In this document: piece after piece, positions 49,042-58,590 of the stretch
Layout of the letters: each line of letters begins with the position of its first letter
Numbering within the stretch: the stretch's first letter is position 1
Assembly (NCBI GenBank): GCA_964646855.1
Contig: CAZYHQ010000001.1
Location: forward strand, 3,414 to 67,413
Length of the DNA stretch: 64,000 nt
Reading direction: 5' to 3'
From: an uncultured archaeon
Lineage (GTDB): Archaea > Aenigmatarchaeota > Aenigmatarchaeia > CG10238-14 > SCSR01
Position numbers and translations under genes: made by a program
Notes under the pieces: generated by a model
Database searches by the model: none
What the model saw: the letters and a program-made list of their open reading frames with translations, nothing else
Told to the model about the DNA's origin: nothing

Positions 49042-50511
49042 ATGAGAGAATTTGAGAAGATAGGTCTTGACAGCCTGTACAATCTTCTTGGGTCAGTTTT
49101 TGTAGCTATCCTGACTTTTTTTATAACCGTAATCATAACAAGAAAGCTGGGTCCTGAGGACTACGGAATATTTTCTTATGCATTTTCTGTTTTTTCCCTG
49201 CTACCGCAATTCTGCTTGCTGAGCCTGAACACAATTTTGTTGAGGGACACTGCGTTTTTCGCTGGCAAGCGCGACCCTTCTGCAATAAAATCTTACTTCC
49301 TTCAGTTCTCAAAAATTGTTTTTCTGACTACCACAGCTATTTCTTTAGGGTTACTCGTGACAATTTTTGCGTTTCCAGGTCTCATTCCATTCTCTAATTT
49401 CCTTGTCATGTTCATCCCGTATCTGTTCATCATAAATTTCTTTACCCTGATTACATCAGGATCTTTGTCGGGACTGAGGAAATTCGGTCTTGTGAATTCT
49501 CTCACAGTTGTGTCTAGAGTATTGCTTCTGTTGTTTGTGCTATTGTTTATTGGCCAAAGGGTTTCAGGCGTGATAGTTTCTTACACGGTCAGCCTTGCAA
49601 TCCCACTTGCGATCTCACTGTTTTTTGTCCACAAAATTATTTTGTCAAAAGTCAAGACCAAGAAAATCAGTATTAATGAAATATTCTCGTTCTCACTGCC
49701 GTTCTTCATTGCGCAGATTCTTTTCGGCGTATTGCTTTATTTCAACATATTTGCTCTGACTTACTTCGCTCCAAAGTTTGGTTTCGATGACGTCGGTTTC
49801 TATTCGCTAGCATTTCACATCGAACTGTTTTTGGAAACTTTGCTGCTGTTTGTAGCAAACTCCGTAACGCCGGCAATTTCCCAGTTCTACGGTGCAAATG
49901 AATTTTCAAGAATCAAAAAAATATTTTCTCTTGGTATGAAGTACACGTTTATTTTTGTATTTCCGATAATGTTTTCGCTTGTGGCTGCAGCAGATGTACT
50001 GATACGCGATGTTTTCACAAAGACCTATTCAGGGTCGACCTTGGTGCTGCAAATACTTGCGTTCACATTGGTAGCCACGATGCTTCTCAGGTACATGCTT
50101 TCTATAATTCTTGCGAAAAAACTTGTCAGATCGTATCTTTACTTGGGAATTATACTGCTTGTAGTTACGGTGCCGTTGACACTGTTCCTTACATCAGAAT
50201 TTTCTGCGATAGGCGCAGCACTTTCAAGGGTCGTACCGCTTGTAGTGCTTACGATAATTTTTACTAAAATCATAGTCAAAAAGGCGCGACTTCAGCTGCC
50301 CTCAAGAGATTTGTTGGCAGAATTTGCCGGCTCGCTAATGTTTCTGCTGTTGTTCTTGGCCCCAAGAAACTTATTCTCTGTAATCGCATACTTTATGGCA
50401 ATTGGTATAGCCTACATTTCCTTCTTGTATTTTGTTAAAGTTCTTAGAGCAAGCGACATCGAAAGGGTAAAAACGTTTTTCAAGCTTCTAATTGATCCGT
50501 CCGCTAGATGA
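49042..50511 (+). CDS. Wzx-like oligosaccharide flippase (MOP/polysaccharide biosynthesis protein family)
   Basis: 489 aa with ~12-14 TM helices and an N-terminal pattern typical of PST-family flippases. Confidence 0.65.
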   Translation: MREFEKIGLDSLYNLLGSVFVAILTFFITVIITRKLGPEDYGIFSYAFSVFSLLPQFCLLSLNTILLRDTAFFAGKRDPSAIKSYFLQFSKIVFLTTTAISLGLLVTIFAFPGLIPFSNFLVMFIPYLFIINFFTLITSGSLSGLRKFGLVNSLTVVSRVLLLLFVLLFIGQRVSGVIVSYTVSLAIPLAISLFFVHKIILSKVKTKKISINEIFSFSLPFFIAQILFGVLLYFNIFALTYFAPKFGFDDVGFYSLAFHIELFLETLLLFVANSVTPAISQFYGANEFSRIKKIFSLGMKYTFIFVFPIMFSLVAAADVLIRDVFTKTYSGSTLVLQILAFTLVATMLLRYMLSIILAKKLVRSYLYLGIILLVVTVPLTLFLTSEFSAIGAALSRVVPLVVLTIIFTKIIVKKARLQLPSRDLLAEFAGSLMFLLLFLAPRNLFSVIAYFMAIGIAYISFLYFVKVLRASDIERVKTFFKLLIDPSAR

Positions 50512-50585
50512 TTGTTCCATCGGTTTTATATATGTTTTTTCCAACAATAACCTATAGAAAAATTTTTTGAATAAAGGTAAACAAA

Positions 50586-51554
50586 ATGAAAAGTTCTCAG
50601 CCCTACGTGTTAGTAACAGGCGGGTCAGGTTTCATAGGCTCACATACCGTTGAAGAACTTTTGTCAATCGGCAAGAACGTAATTATTTTGGATCCGGCCC
50701 CGCCGTTGTTTGCTGACAGAGAATTGGTGAAATCAGGGCGCGTTATTTACAAACACGGAACTAGCTATGATTTACCGCAGATGCTGGACATAGCTAACAA
50801 TTTCGAGCTCGAAGGCATATTCGACATTGGCGGCATACTCGGCACAGAAGAGTTGAGTAAGCGAATAGACAGCGCTATGGCGTTCAACGTAATCGGTTCT
50901 ACAAACACATTGGAACTGGCACGGATGAAAGATTTGAAAATTTTCTTTCCGATGAAAGAAGGCGTGTGGCTCGAAGGATACAGCCTGACAAAGAACACAA
51001 TACTGCACCAATACAAAATCTACAGAAAGATGTACGGGCTGAAAACTGTGGTTTGTGTGTGGTACCATGCGTATGGAGAGAGGCAGGCGGTATTCCCGGT
51101 AAGAAAAGCAGTTCCTACTTTCATAATGCAGGCGCTGTGCGGGGACAATTTTACGATAATGAACGACCCGAAGAACGCGCTTGATTACATATACGTTAAA
51201 GACGTGGGCAAGATAGTTGTTAATTTATTCTATTCGGACAAAACCAATTTCGACGAGGTATACGAAATCGGAAGCGGCAAGTCAATTACTTTGGAGGATC
51301 TCGTGAATCTGATAAAGCGGCTTACAAACAGCAGCAGCAATACAGAACTTATAGAGTATAGAAAGACACTACCAGAGCACCCTTTCGGCACTGCGGATGT
51401 AACAAAATTCGAGAACGTCATCGGCAAGTACGATTTCATGCCTCTGGAAAAAGGCATGAAGTTGACAGTTGACTGGTACAAACAGAATTATTCCATTGAG
51501 CAGCTGAAGAACGCTCTTGCATTGTGGAGACAGAGACAAACATACGGCGTTTGA
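50586..51554 (+). CDS. NAD-dependent epimerase/dehydratase
   Basis: VLVTGGSGFIGSH motif. 322 aa. Confidence 0.7.
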   Translation: MKSSQPYVLVTGGSGFIGSHTVEELLSIGKNVIILDPAPPLFADRELVKSGRVIYKHGTSYDLPQMLDIANNFELEGIFDIGGILGTEELSKRIDSAMAFNVIGSTNTLELARMKDLKIFFPMKEGVWLEGYSLTKNTILHQYKIYRKMYGLKTVVCVWYHAYGERQAVFPVRKAVPTFIMQALCGDNFTIMNDPKNALDYIYVKDVGKIVVNLFYSDKTNFDEVYEIGSGKSITLEDLVNLIKRLTNSSSNTELIEYRKTLPEHPFGTADVTKFENVIGKYDFMPLEKGMKLTVDWYKQNYSIEQLKNALALWRQRQTYGV

Positions 51555-51631
51555 ACAGCAACAGCAACTGCAACGTAGACGATTGTTCCACTTGTTTTAA
51601 ATATTTTTTTCCAGCAATAGTTTTTGAGAAA

Positions 51632-52438
51632 ATGGAAGACATACCAGTAGTTATTCTCTGCGGCGGTAAAGGTTTCAGGCTAAGAGAATTCACCGAAACA
51701 ATGCCCAAAGCCTTGGTGCCGATAGGGAACATGCCGATACTGTTACACGTGATGAAACTTTACGCGCACCACGGCTACAGAAGATTCATCCTGTCTTTAG
51801 GATACAAAGGCAACGAAATCAAACAGTACTTCATGAACCATGATTGGATGTCAAACGATTTTTTACTCAAGATGGGTCCGGCAAAAGAAGTAAGACACCT
51901 GTCCAGCAACTTGCACGATTTTGAAATAACCTTTGTTGACACAGGATTGGAAACAAATACTGGCGGGAGAGTTAAAAAAATAGAGAAACACATCGACACG
52001 GAAAATTTCATGGCAACATACTGCGACGGCGTGGCAAACATAGACTTGAACTCGCTTTTGGGATTCCATAAAAATATGGGCAGGATAGCAACTCTTACAG
52101 GCGTGCATCCTATAACATCTTTCGGTTTCATAGAAACTGAAAACGGAATAGCAAAATCATTCAGGGAGAAGCCGGCGCTCCCCGGCTTGGTCAACGGCGG
52201 ATTCTTCGTCTTCAACAAAAAAATTTTCGAATTCCTCGAAGAGGACAGCATCTTGGAAGACAAACCGCTGAGAACTTTGGCCTCAGCAGGGCAGCTTGCA
52301 GTTTACGAGCATAAAGATTTTTGGGCTTGCATGGATACTTTCAAAGATGTCGAGCGACTGAACGGTATTTGGGACACAGGGTACATGCCGCTCGGCTATT
52401 ACCAATTCAAAAAAGCTCCTTGGAAAATCTGGGAATAA
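51632..52438 (+). CDS. rfbF: glucose-1-phosphate cytidylyltransferase
   Basis: Close to the RfbF signature (VVILCGGKGFRLREFTETMPKALVPIGNMPILLHVMKLYAHHGYRRFILSLGYKGNEIKQYF). Start at the ATG at 51632. Confidence 0.85.
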   Translation: MEDIPVVILCGGKGFRLREFTETMPKALVPIGNMPILLHVMKLYAHHGYRRFILSLGYKGNEIKQYFMNHDWMSNDFLLKMGPAKEVRHLSSNLHDFEITFVDTGLETNTGGRVKKIEKHIDTENFMATYCDGVANIDLNSLLGFHKNMGRIATLTGVHPITSFGFIETENGIAKSFREKPALPGLVNGGFFVFNKKIFEFLEEDSILEDKPLRTLASAGQLAVYEHKDFWACMDTFKDVERLNGIWDTGYMPLGYYQFKKAPWKIWE

Positions 52439-52442
52439 TTCC

Positions 52443-53447
52443 ATGTCAGATAATTTTTGGCCAGACAAAAGAGTTTTGATAACTGGTGCAACAGGTTTCA
52501 TTGGCTCATGGCTGACTGAAGATTTGATTTCTAAAGGAGCGAGTGTTTCAGTTTTTGTAAAAAAGGATTCATTCGGAACCGACGCAGTCAAGCATTTAGA
52601 ATCCAAACTGAAAACTTTTCATGGAGATATAACTCAGAAGGACACGATAAAACCGGCAATAAGCGATCAAGAAATTATTTTTCACCTTGCAGCATACAGT
52701 CAGGTCCTGCATTCAATTGAAAATCCCAGTGAAGCATTTTTAGTGAACGCAACCGGTACTTTGAACTTGCTTGAAGAAGTGCGGAAAAACAATTCGAATT
52801 CTATTTTCGTTTTTGCTAGTACAGACAAAGTTTACGGCGAGCCGAAATACCTGCCGATTGATGAGCAGCACACTTTAAGCGCAAAATCTCCCTATGACGC
52901 ATCCAAACTAGCAGCAGACCGGTTGACATATTCTTACTATACTTCTTACGGCATGAATTGCACAATTTCCCGCTGGTCGAATACAATTGGCGGGCGAGAC
53001 GCAAACATTTTACGCGCGGTTCCAGATTTTGTAACAAGCCTACTGAATAACAGACCACCAACAATAAGAAGAACAGGGGAAGACGTTCGTGATTACATGT
53101 ATGTGACCGACGCGATTCGTGGAATCGAACTCCTTGCACAAGAAATTAATTTGACGAAAGGCCAAGCGTTTAATCTTGGAACAGAGAAACCGATTAAGCT
53201 AATAGAATTGTGCAAATTAATTTTGAAAACAATGGGACACGAAAATAAATTCCAGCCAACAATTTTAGGAAAACAAATTCCTGGGGAAATTGATAAACAG
53301 CATTTGTCTGCTAAAAAATCCATGGAAGTTACGAAATGGAGTCCTGAAGTAACATTAGAGGAAGGAATAAGGAAATCAATCGAGTGGTATTCACAGAACA
53401 GATGGTGGGAAGAAGTAATGAAGAGAGTGGCTAACGCCCGCACCTAA
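52443..53447 (+). CDS. rfbG: CDP-glucose 4,6-dehydratase
   Basis: N-terminal FWPDKRVLITGATGFIGSWL and YDASK, typical of RfbG/DdhB. 334 aa. Confidence 0.8.
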   Translation: MSDNFWPDKRVLITGATGFIGSWLTEDLISKGASVSVFVKKDSFGTDAVKHLESKLKTFHGDITQKDTIKPAISDQEIIFHLAAYSQVLHSIENPSEAFLVNATGTLNLLEEVRKNNSNSIFVFASTDKVYGEPKYLPIDEQHTLSAKSPYDASKLAADRLTYSYYTSYGMNCTISRWSNTIGGRDANILRAVPDFVTSLLNNRPPTIRRTGEDVRDYMYVTDAIRGIELLAQEINLTKGQAFNLGTEKPIKLIELCKLILKTMGHENKFQPTILGKQIPGEIDKQHLSAKKSMEVTKWSPEVTLEEGIRKSIEWYSQNRWWEEVMKRVANART

Positions 53448-54739
53448 ACAATTCTCGGCCCCGGTATAGGGATAATAAATTTTCCACCAATGTCTTTGTA
53501 TTTTTGTTGCTGCCTCATTACTTCGTCAGCAAAATTCCAAGCAAGTATAAACATATAGTCAGGTTTGTCTTCCAAAATTTTTTCTACCGGAACAACTGGA
53601 ATGTGCATACCAGGCGTAAGCAATCCATGTTTCAGCGGGTTTTTGTCTGCTATGTAATCCAATAACTTTGTGTCGATACCAAAGAAATTAAGCAGTGTGT
53701 TGCCCTTTGCTGGCGCGCCGTACCCGATTATATTTTTGCCTTCTGATCTCAATTTTTTTAGCAACGAAATCAAATTTTCTTTCAGCCTTTTTATTCTATC
53801 TGCAAATTCCAGATAAGTTTCAAATTTGTCAAGTTCCATTTCTTCCTCCAACTTCAGCAATTCACCAACAGCAGCTGTAGTTTTCAAGTTTGATGATTTC
53901 TTTTTTACGTAAATCCTTATCGTGCCGCCATGAATTGGAAAACGCTTTACGTCGAAAATTTCCATGTCAAAGCTTTTGAAAAGTTCTGTCAAAGGTCTGA
54001 TTGCAAAATAGGAAAGGTGTTCATGGTAAGCAGTATCGAACTCGTTGTTTTGTATCATGTCAACAAGGTATGGCACCTCGATGACAAACGCACCATCATC
54101 CTCAAGCAAAACACTGACTCCTGCCAACAAATCGTAGGAATCGTTTATGTGCGCTACTACATTGGTCGCGGTTATAATCTTTGCTTTGCTTTTTTCTTTT
54201 ACTATTTTCTCTGCAGTGGCTGAATTGAAAAAATCGTTCACAGTTTCTATCCCGGATTTTCTTGCGATTTCTGCGATGTTAGTTGCAGGTTCGACGCCAA
54301 GAGTTCTTATACCAACCTTTTTGAAACCCTTCAGTAATGTCCCGTCATTGCTCCCTATGTCAACAACAAGCGAATTCTCGCCAGCGCCAACAATCTTTGT
54401 GGACTCGTCAGCAAGCTGCTGAAAATGCACAGGAACTGCGTCAGACGTTCCAGATACCCACAGATAACTTTTGAACATCAATTCCGGGGGTACAACATAA
54501 TCCAGCTGCACTAAACCACAATTGTTGCAGAAAACTAAGTTTAGTGGGTAGGTTGGTTCTGGTTTTTTCAAGTCTTCTTTCCTCAAAAAACTGTTTGCCA
54601 AAGGCTGATTACCAAGTTCCAAAAATTTTTTTAGTTCAGCGTTTTTGCAAATCCTACAATTGGTTACCTGCATGTCATCACTTGTAGACTTTAGATACAA
54701 CGGATTTAAATTTTGTGTACTCTTATTTCCATCATGCAA
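53444..54739 (-). CDS. NDP-hexose C-methyltransferase (TylCIII-like; zinc-ribbon + SAM MTase + C-terminal C-MT domain)
   Basis: N-terminal CRICKNAELKKFLELGNQPLANSF Zn-binding motif, SAM motif VVDIGSNDGTLL, and the characteristic C-terminal domain. 431 aa. Confidence 0.8.
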   Translation of the reverse strand: MHDGNKSTQNLNPLYLKSTSDDMQVTNCRICKNAELKKFLELGNQPLANSFLRKEDLKKPEPTYPLNLVFCNNCGLVQLDYVVPPELMFKSYLWVSGTSDAVPVHFQQLADESTKIVGAGENSLVVDIGSNDGTLLKGFKKVGIRTLGVEPATNIAEIARKSGIETVNDFFNSATAEKIVKEKSKAKIITATNVVAHINDSYDLLAGVSVLLEDDGAFVIEVPYLVDMIQNNEFDTAYHEHLSYFAIRPLTELFKSFDMEIFDVKRFPIHGGTIRIYVKKKSSNLKTTAAVGELLKLEEEMELDKFETYLEFADRIKRLKENLISLLKKLRSEGKNIIGYGAPAKGNTLLNFFGIDTKLLDYIADKNPLKHGLLTPGMHIPVVPVEKILEDKPDYMFILAWNFADEVMRQQQKYKDIGGKFIIPIPGPRIV

Positions 54740-55618
54740 ATACTTGTTACCGGCGGAACAGGAGTAATTGGTTACAAGCTAGTGAAATATTTCGTTGATA
54801 ACGGCGAGAATGCCAGCTACACATATCTTTCACATGAAACCGAAATCAAAAGTGCAATTGGCCACAAACTTGATATAACAGACACGCAAGCAGTTCTTGA
54901 TTTGATAAATAAAATCAAGCCAAACGTCGTTGTACATACTGCGGCATTGACAAAGGTTGACTTGTGCGAAACAAATCACAAACTTGCGGATGCGATGAAT
55001 ATAGAAGGCACAAGAAACATAGTTGAAGCTTGCAAAGCTACCGGCAGCAAAATAGTGTTGGTTTCTACTTCAGCTGTATTCGACGGCAAAAAATCTGTTT
55101 ACTACGAGGACGACGAAGTCAACCCTCAATATTATTATGCTTTCACCAAAGCAGAAGCAGAAAAAATTGTAAAAACTTCTGGCTTAGAATTTCTGATTCT
55201 TCGAACAGACCAACCTTACTGCTGGACAGAGAAGTGGCAGCATGACAACTCAGTTCTGCGAGTGATTAACAAACTGAAGGCAGGAAAGGTTATGAAAGAC
55301 GTTGCTGACTGGTATAACAACCCAACCCTTGTTGACAATTTTGTTGAAGTTGCATTCGCTTTGATCAAGAAAAATCAAACTGGAATCTATCACGTTTGCG
55401 GTTCTGATTATTTGAACCGTTATGAAATGGCACTGAAAGTTGCGGAAGTTTTTGGATTAAATAAAGATTTAGTTCAGTCGATGAAGTCAATAGAACTTAG
55501 CCTGCCAGCAAAAAGAGTTAATGTGAATTTGAATAATGAAAAGGCTCAGAAAGATTCTGGGGTCAAACTGCTAAATTTTGAAGAAGGACTAAACTCAATG
55601 AAAGTAAAAATTGCTTAA
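54734..55618 (+). CDS. RmlD-like NAD(P)H-dependent nucleotide-sugar 4-ketoreductase
   Basis: ILVTGGTGVIGYKL Rossmann motif and YAFTKAEAEK catalytic region. ~295 aa, the size of dTDP-4-dehydrorhamnose reductases. Confidence 0.6.
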   Translation: MQILVTGGTGVIGYKLVKYFVDNGENASYTYLSHETEIKSAIGHKLDITDTQAVLDLINKIKPNVVVHTAALTKVDLCETNHKLADAMNIEGTRNIVEACKATGSKIVLVSTSAVFDGKKSVYYEDDEVNPQYYYAFTKAEAEKIVKTSGLEFLILRTDQPYCWTEKWQHDNSVLRVINKLKAGKVMKDVADWYNNPTLVDNFVEVAFALIKKNQTGIYHVCGSDYLNRYEMALKVAEVFGLNKDLVQSMKSIELSLPAKRVNVNLNNEKAQKDSGVKLLNFEEGLNSMKVKIA

Positions 55619-57813
55619 TTTGAAACAACTGTCTGAAATGTATCATTGTAGGAAGTCTGATTGACAGTTATGTTTGGTGTGTAGATTGCATTGGTTGTAT
55701 AATCAGTCTCAATTATTACGAAAACTTTTTCCGAGTTGTTAAGCGAAGTGGTCTGCGTCGAGTGTATGTTTGATTGGCCGGTATTGAACAACCATGAAAA
55801 TATCTGGCTACCCAAGTTATTGACTATCTCAAAGACCTGAACTGTGCTGTCTTTGTTTTCCTTCAGCACAAGACCGCCCAACACTTCTATCATGTTCACT
55901 TGGAATTTGTCTGCAAAGCTGTTGTTGAAAGTTCCGTTATATGCTTGAACAGCTGGTGTTCTTTTGCCCTGCGCGCTGTAGTTTACTTCTACTGTAAAGT
56001 TTGTAGTTTCTCTCGGCGCAAGAGTTACCGAAGTGTTGCTAGTTACACCTGCATCAGAAATACGCCAATTTATGTTGGAAACATTGTAAGGCCAGTAGTT
56101 TGTTATGTTAAACCTGAAGACTCTTATGTTTGTTTCATTTTTCTTGTAGCTTTCAAAGTTTTCAATTCTTATTGCGTTGAGAACAAATGATTCGTTAAAG
56201 CGATCTGAAATGGCCCCAGAGACTATTGTAACATTAACATCTTTGTTACCGTCAGTAGTGTAGTTTATACTTTGCGTTACTGTGCTTGATGCATCGGTTC
56301 CCAAGCTGCCTGTGCTTCCAGAAAACAGCTGGTCATCGCTTCTTATGTTATAAGTTACCGTCAATGCCGACCAATAATTCTTGATGTTGAACTGCATGTT
56401 TCTATTGTTTTCTCCAACAGAACTTGTGTTGTAATCTTCAATTTTTGTTCCTTTTAGTTCAAACTTTACAAACTTTGTATCGTTTCCTTCGGGTGAAGTT
56501 ACGTTGCAATTTAGGTATTTTGCTCCGGGCGAACCGTATGTTCTGTTGAGGTATTCGGTTCTCCTGCCGAAAGCTGATACAGAAAACGAACTGTTTGACT
56601 TGGCACCGTTATCGCAAGCCCAGTCCATGTTGCTTACAGTAGAATTCAGGCCGTTGAGTATTGTCATGTTGAAATTTGCCTTGTCTCCATTCTGGCTGAT
56701 GAATGATAGCGACCCTATGGTAATTCCAAACTTGTTTGTAATGTTTTCGAAATCATAAGAACCAGGATTAGACCGTGCCGTCACATTTACTTTGTAACTT
56801 CCGCCAGATGAGTAATTATGTTCGACTATAACTAACACTGATTCGTTGGTCGATACATTAAATGCATTTGTAGAAATAATCTGATTGCCGTCTCCAAAAT
56901 CTGCAGTCCAGTTTACATCTGTAATTGTAGAATTCTTTTCGTTTGCAAGATAAAACTGGAAAGTTCTGTTTCTGTCAGCAGAATAAAGATTTTCTTGTCT
57001 GCTAACATCTACGCCAGCATCCACCGTTACTATCTGCGACGGCGCGTGCACAGGGTAACTGCCGTAAACGAATTTTGTTGTATTGGCACTGTCTCTCACT
57101 ATTTTCAGAATGTTGCCTATCGGATTGTATGAGTATAACCAAGTGTTGCCTGCGATAGAAACATTTACCAGCCTGTCCAGAAAGTCATAAGCCATTCTGT
57201 AAGTTCGATTGTTTGCGGTGTCATTAATCAGGACAATGTTGCCCACAGAATCATACGTGTAATTAATATTTTGAATCGCACCAGTTTTTATTTGCTGCAA
57301 TCTTGAATTTGTTTCATTGTAAGTCTGTTCAGTAATCCTGGTATTTGCATAAGTCCTGTTCAGCATTTTGTCGAACGCATCGTAGAAAGTATTGGTTATG
57401 TAGTTAGTAATCTTGTTTACCTTGCTCTGGTTGTTGTAGTAGTATTCTATTTCTTGTCCTGTTAAATTTATTTCAAGTACTCTATCCATAGAGTCATAGA
57501 CATATCTTTTCTCAAATTGTATACCATCGATAATCCTGATTTCCGTTATCAGTCTCAGTTTGTCATTGTATTCGTACTTTACTGTGTCATTGCCGAATGT
57601 AACGTTTGTCAGAGTTCCTTGGTGTTGCTCGTCGTAAGTGTAGTTTATGCTAATGCCTGTAGAATTTTTAGTTACAATTCTGTTTAACGCATCGTAAGTT
57701 ATGTTCACTTGGTTCGTCGGATTGTCGTAAGTTAAATCTTGTGTGGCAGCAATCGCCAACTGCGGGATTAATGCAAAAACGATCATTGCAAATAAAAACA
57801 ATTTAGTCTTCAT
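55615..57813 (-). CDS. secreted YD-repeat protein with Ig/PKD-like domains, extremely rich in N-x-S/T sequons
   Basis: Signal peptide MKTKLFLFAMIVFALIPQLAIAA. N-terminal YD repeats (YTYDALNRIV, YTYDEQHQG, YEYNDKLRL, YVYDSMDRV, YTYDSVGNI), then beta-rich repeats with more than 40 N-x-S/T sites. Start at the ATG at 57813. Confidence 0.7.
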   Translation of the reverse strand: MKTKLFLFAMIVFALIPQLAIAATQDLTYDNPTNQVNITYDALNRIVTKNSTGISINYTYDEQHQGTLTNVTFGNDTVKYEYNDKLRLITEIRIIDGIQFEKRYVYDSMDRVLEINLTGQEIEYYYNNQSKVNKITNYITNTFYDAFDKMLNRTYANTRITEQTYNETNSRLQQIKTGAIQNINYTYDSVGNIVLINDTANNRTYRMAYDFLDRLVNVSIAGNTWLYSYNPIGNILKIVRDSANTTKFVYGSYPVHAPSQIVTVDAGVDVSRQENLYSADRNRTFQFYLANEKNSTITDVNWTADFGDGNQIISTNAFNVSTNESVLVIVEHNYSSGGSYKVNVTARSNPGSYDFENITNKFGITIGSLSFISQNGDKANFNMTILNGLNSTVSNMDWACDNGAKSNSSFSVSAFGRRTEYLNRTYGSPGAKYLNCNVTSPEGNDTKFVKFELKGTKIEDYNTSSVGENNRNMQFNIKNYWSALTVTYNIRSDDQLFSGSTGSLGTDASSTVTQSINYTTDGNKDVNVTIVSGAISDRFNESFVLNAIRIENFESYKKNETNIRVFRFNITNYWPYNVSNINWRISDAGVTSNTSVTLAPRETTNFTVEVNYSAQGKRTPAVQAYNGTFNNSFADKFQVNMIEVLGGLVLKENKDSTVQVFEIVNNLGSQIFSWLFNTGQSNIHSTQTTSLNNSEKVFVIIETDYTTNAIYTPNITVNQTSYNDTFQTVVSN

Positions 57814-58027
57814 AGAAACCTCCTGAGACAATTCTCATCAGCTCTTTGAACGGAGTGTAAATTTTCGTGCTGGCAGAATCGTTGCGAGAAATCTCTGACA
57901 GTCTTAACGAAAGAATTCGGAAATTATTTTTGGAAAATATTTTTATTTCAGCTAGATAATTTTGATTGTCCTTTGTTAATTTTTTTACTATAATTATTTT
58001 ATTTTCTAAAAGCGACTCTTGTTTCAT
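57803..58027 (-). pseudogene. orphan ORF carrying a fragment of the RHS core (…RNDSASTKIYTPFKELMRIV…)
   Basis: The 74-aa ORF has a C-terminal half that duplicates 20 aa found in the large RHS protein. Confidence 0.35.
57836..57883. repeat. 48-bp direct repeat (46/48 identical to 59607-59654) derived from the RHS core-coding region
   Basis: catcagctctttgaacgg[a/c]gtgtaaattttcgtgctggc[a/t]gaatcgtt. Encodes ...STKIYTPFKELMRIV... on the minus strand in both copies. Confidence 0.85.
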
Positions 58028-58590
58028 TGTTCAGAAACCTCCCTTGTTTGGTTAAGAACAATAGTTTTACCAGTGTCAGGATCACATACTAAGAAGTCTT
58101 TGTTTTGATTGTACCAACCTTTCCAAGCATTAAGAATCTGGTCTTGGTTAGTTTCGTTGACAGAGCCAAGATATACACCGGTAATTGCATTAAGTATAAC
58201 GTTTATAGTTTTTCCAACAGTGTTCTTGCCTATAACACCGTATTCTTCAAAAGATCCTCTAGGGAGAATTATCAACGCATTGCTACTATCTGTTCGGTTA
58301 AGATTATCTATCAGAATTGGTATTGAATTATCAGAAAGTAAAATCAATTCCGCAACACTCCTGTAAGATAGAGCAGCATCATAAGATGTTATATCGTCAA
58401 TACGTTTCTGAATTTCTTCTTTTGAGAGGCTGTAACTACAAGATGGCGTCGATTCGTAGAAATCTCGTACGTCTCTTAATGTTTGTTCGTCTACAGTACT
58501 TTTTTCTATCAAAAACAAAATAATTACAAGAAAAATAGCTACAAGAGTTACAAAAACAAATTTTATGTTTAAATAATTCCTAATTCTCAA
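58024..58590 (-). CDS. small membrane-anchored protein, candidate cognate immunity/partner of the RHS metallopeptidase toxin
   Basis: 188 aa with an N-terminal signal anchor. Its (TTG) start overlaps the RHS stop in a TTGA arrangement, so translation is coupled. Confidence 0.5.
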   Translation of the reverse strand: MRIRNYLNIKFVFVTLVAIFLVIILFLIEKSTVDEQTLRDVRDFYESTPSCSYSLSKEEIQKRIDDITSYDAALSYRSVAELILLSDNSIPILIDNLNRTDSSNALIILPRGSFEEYGVIGKNTVGKTINVILNAITGVYLGSVNETNQDQILNAWKGWYNQNKDFLVCDPDTGKTIVLNQTREVSEQ

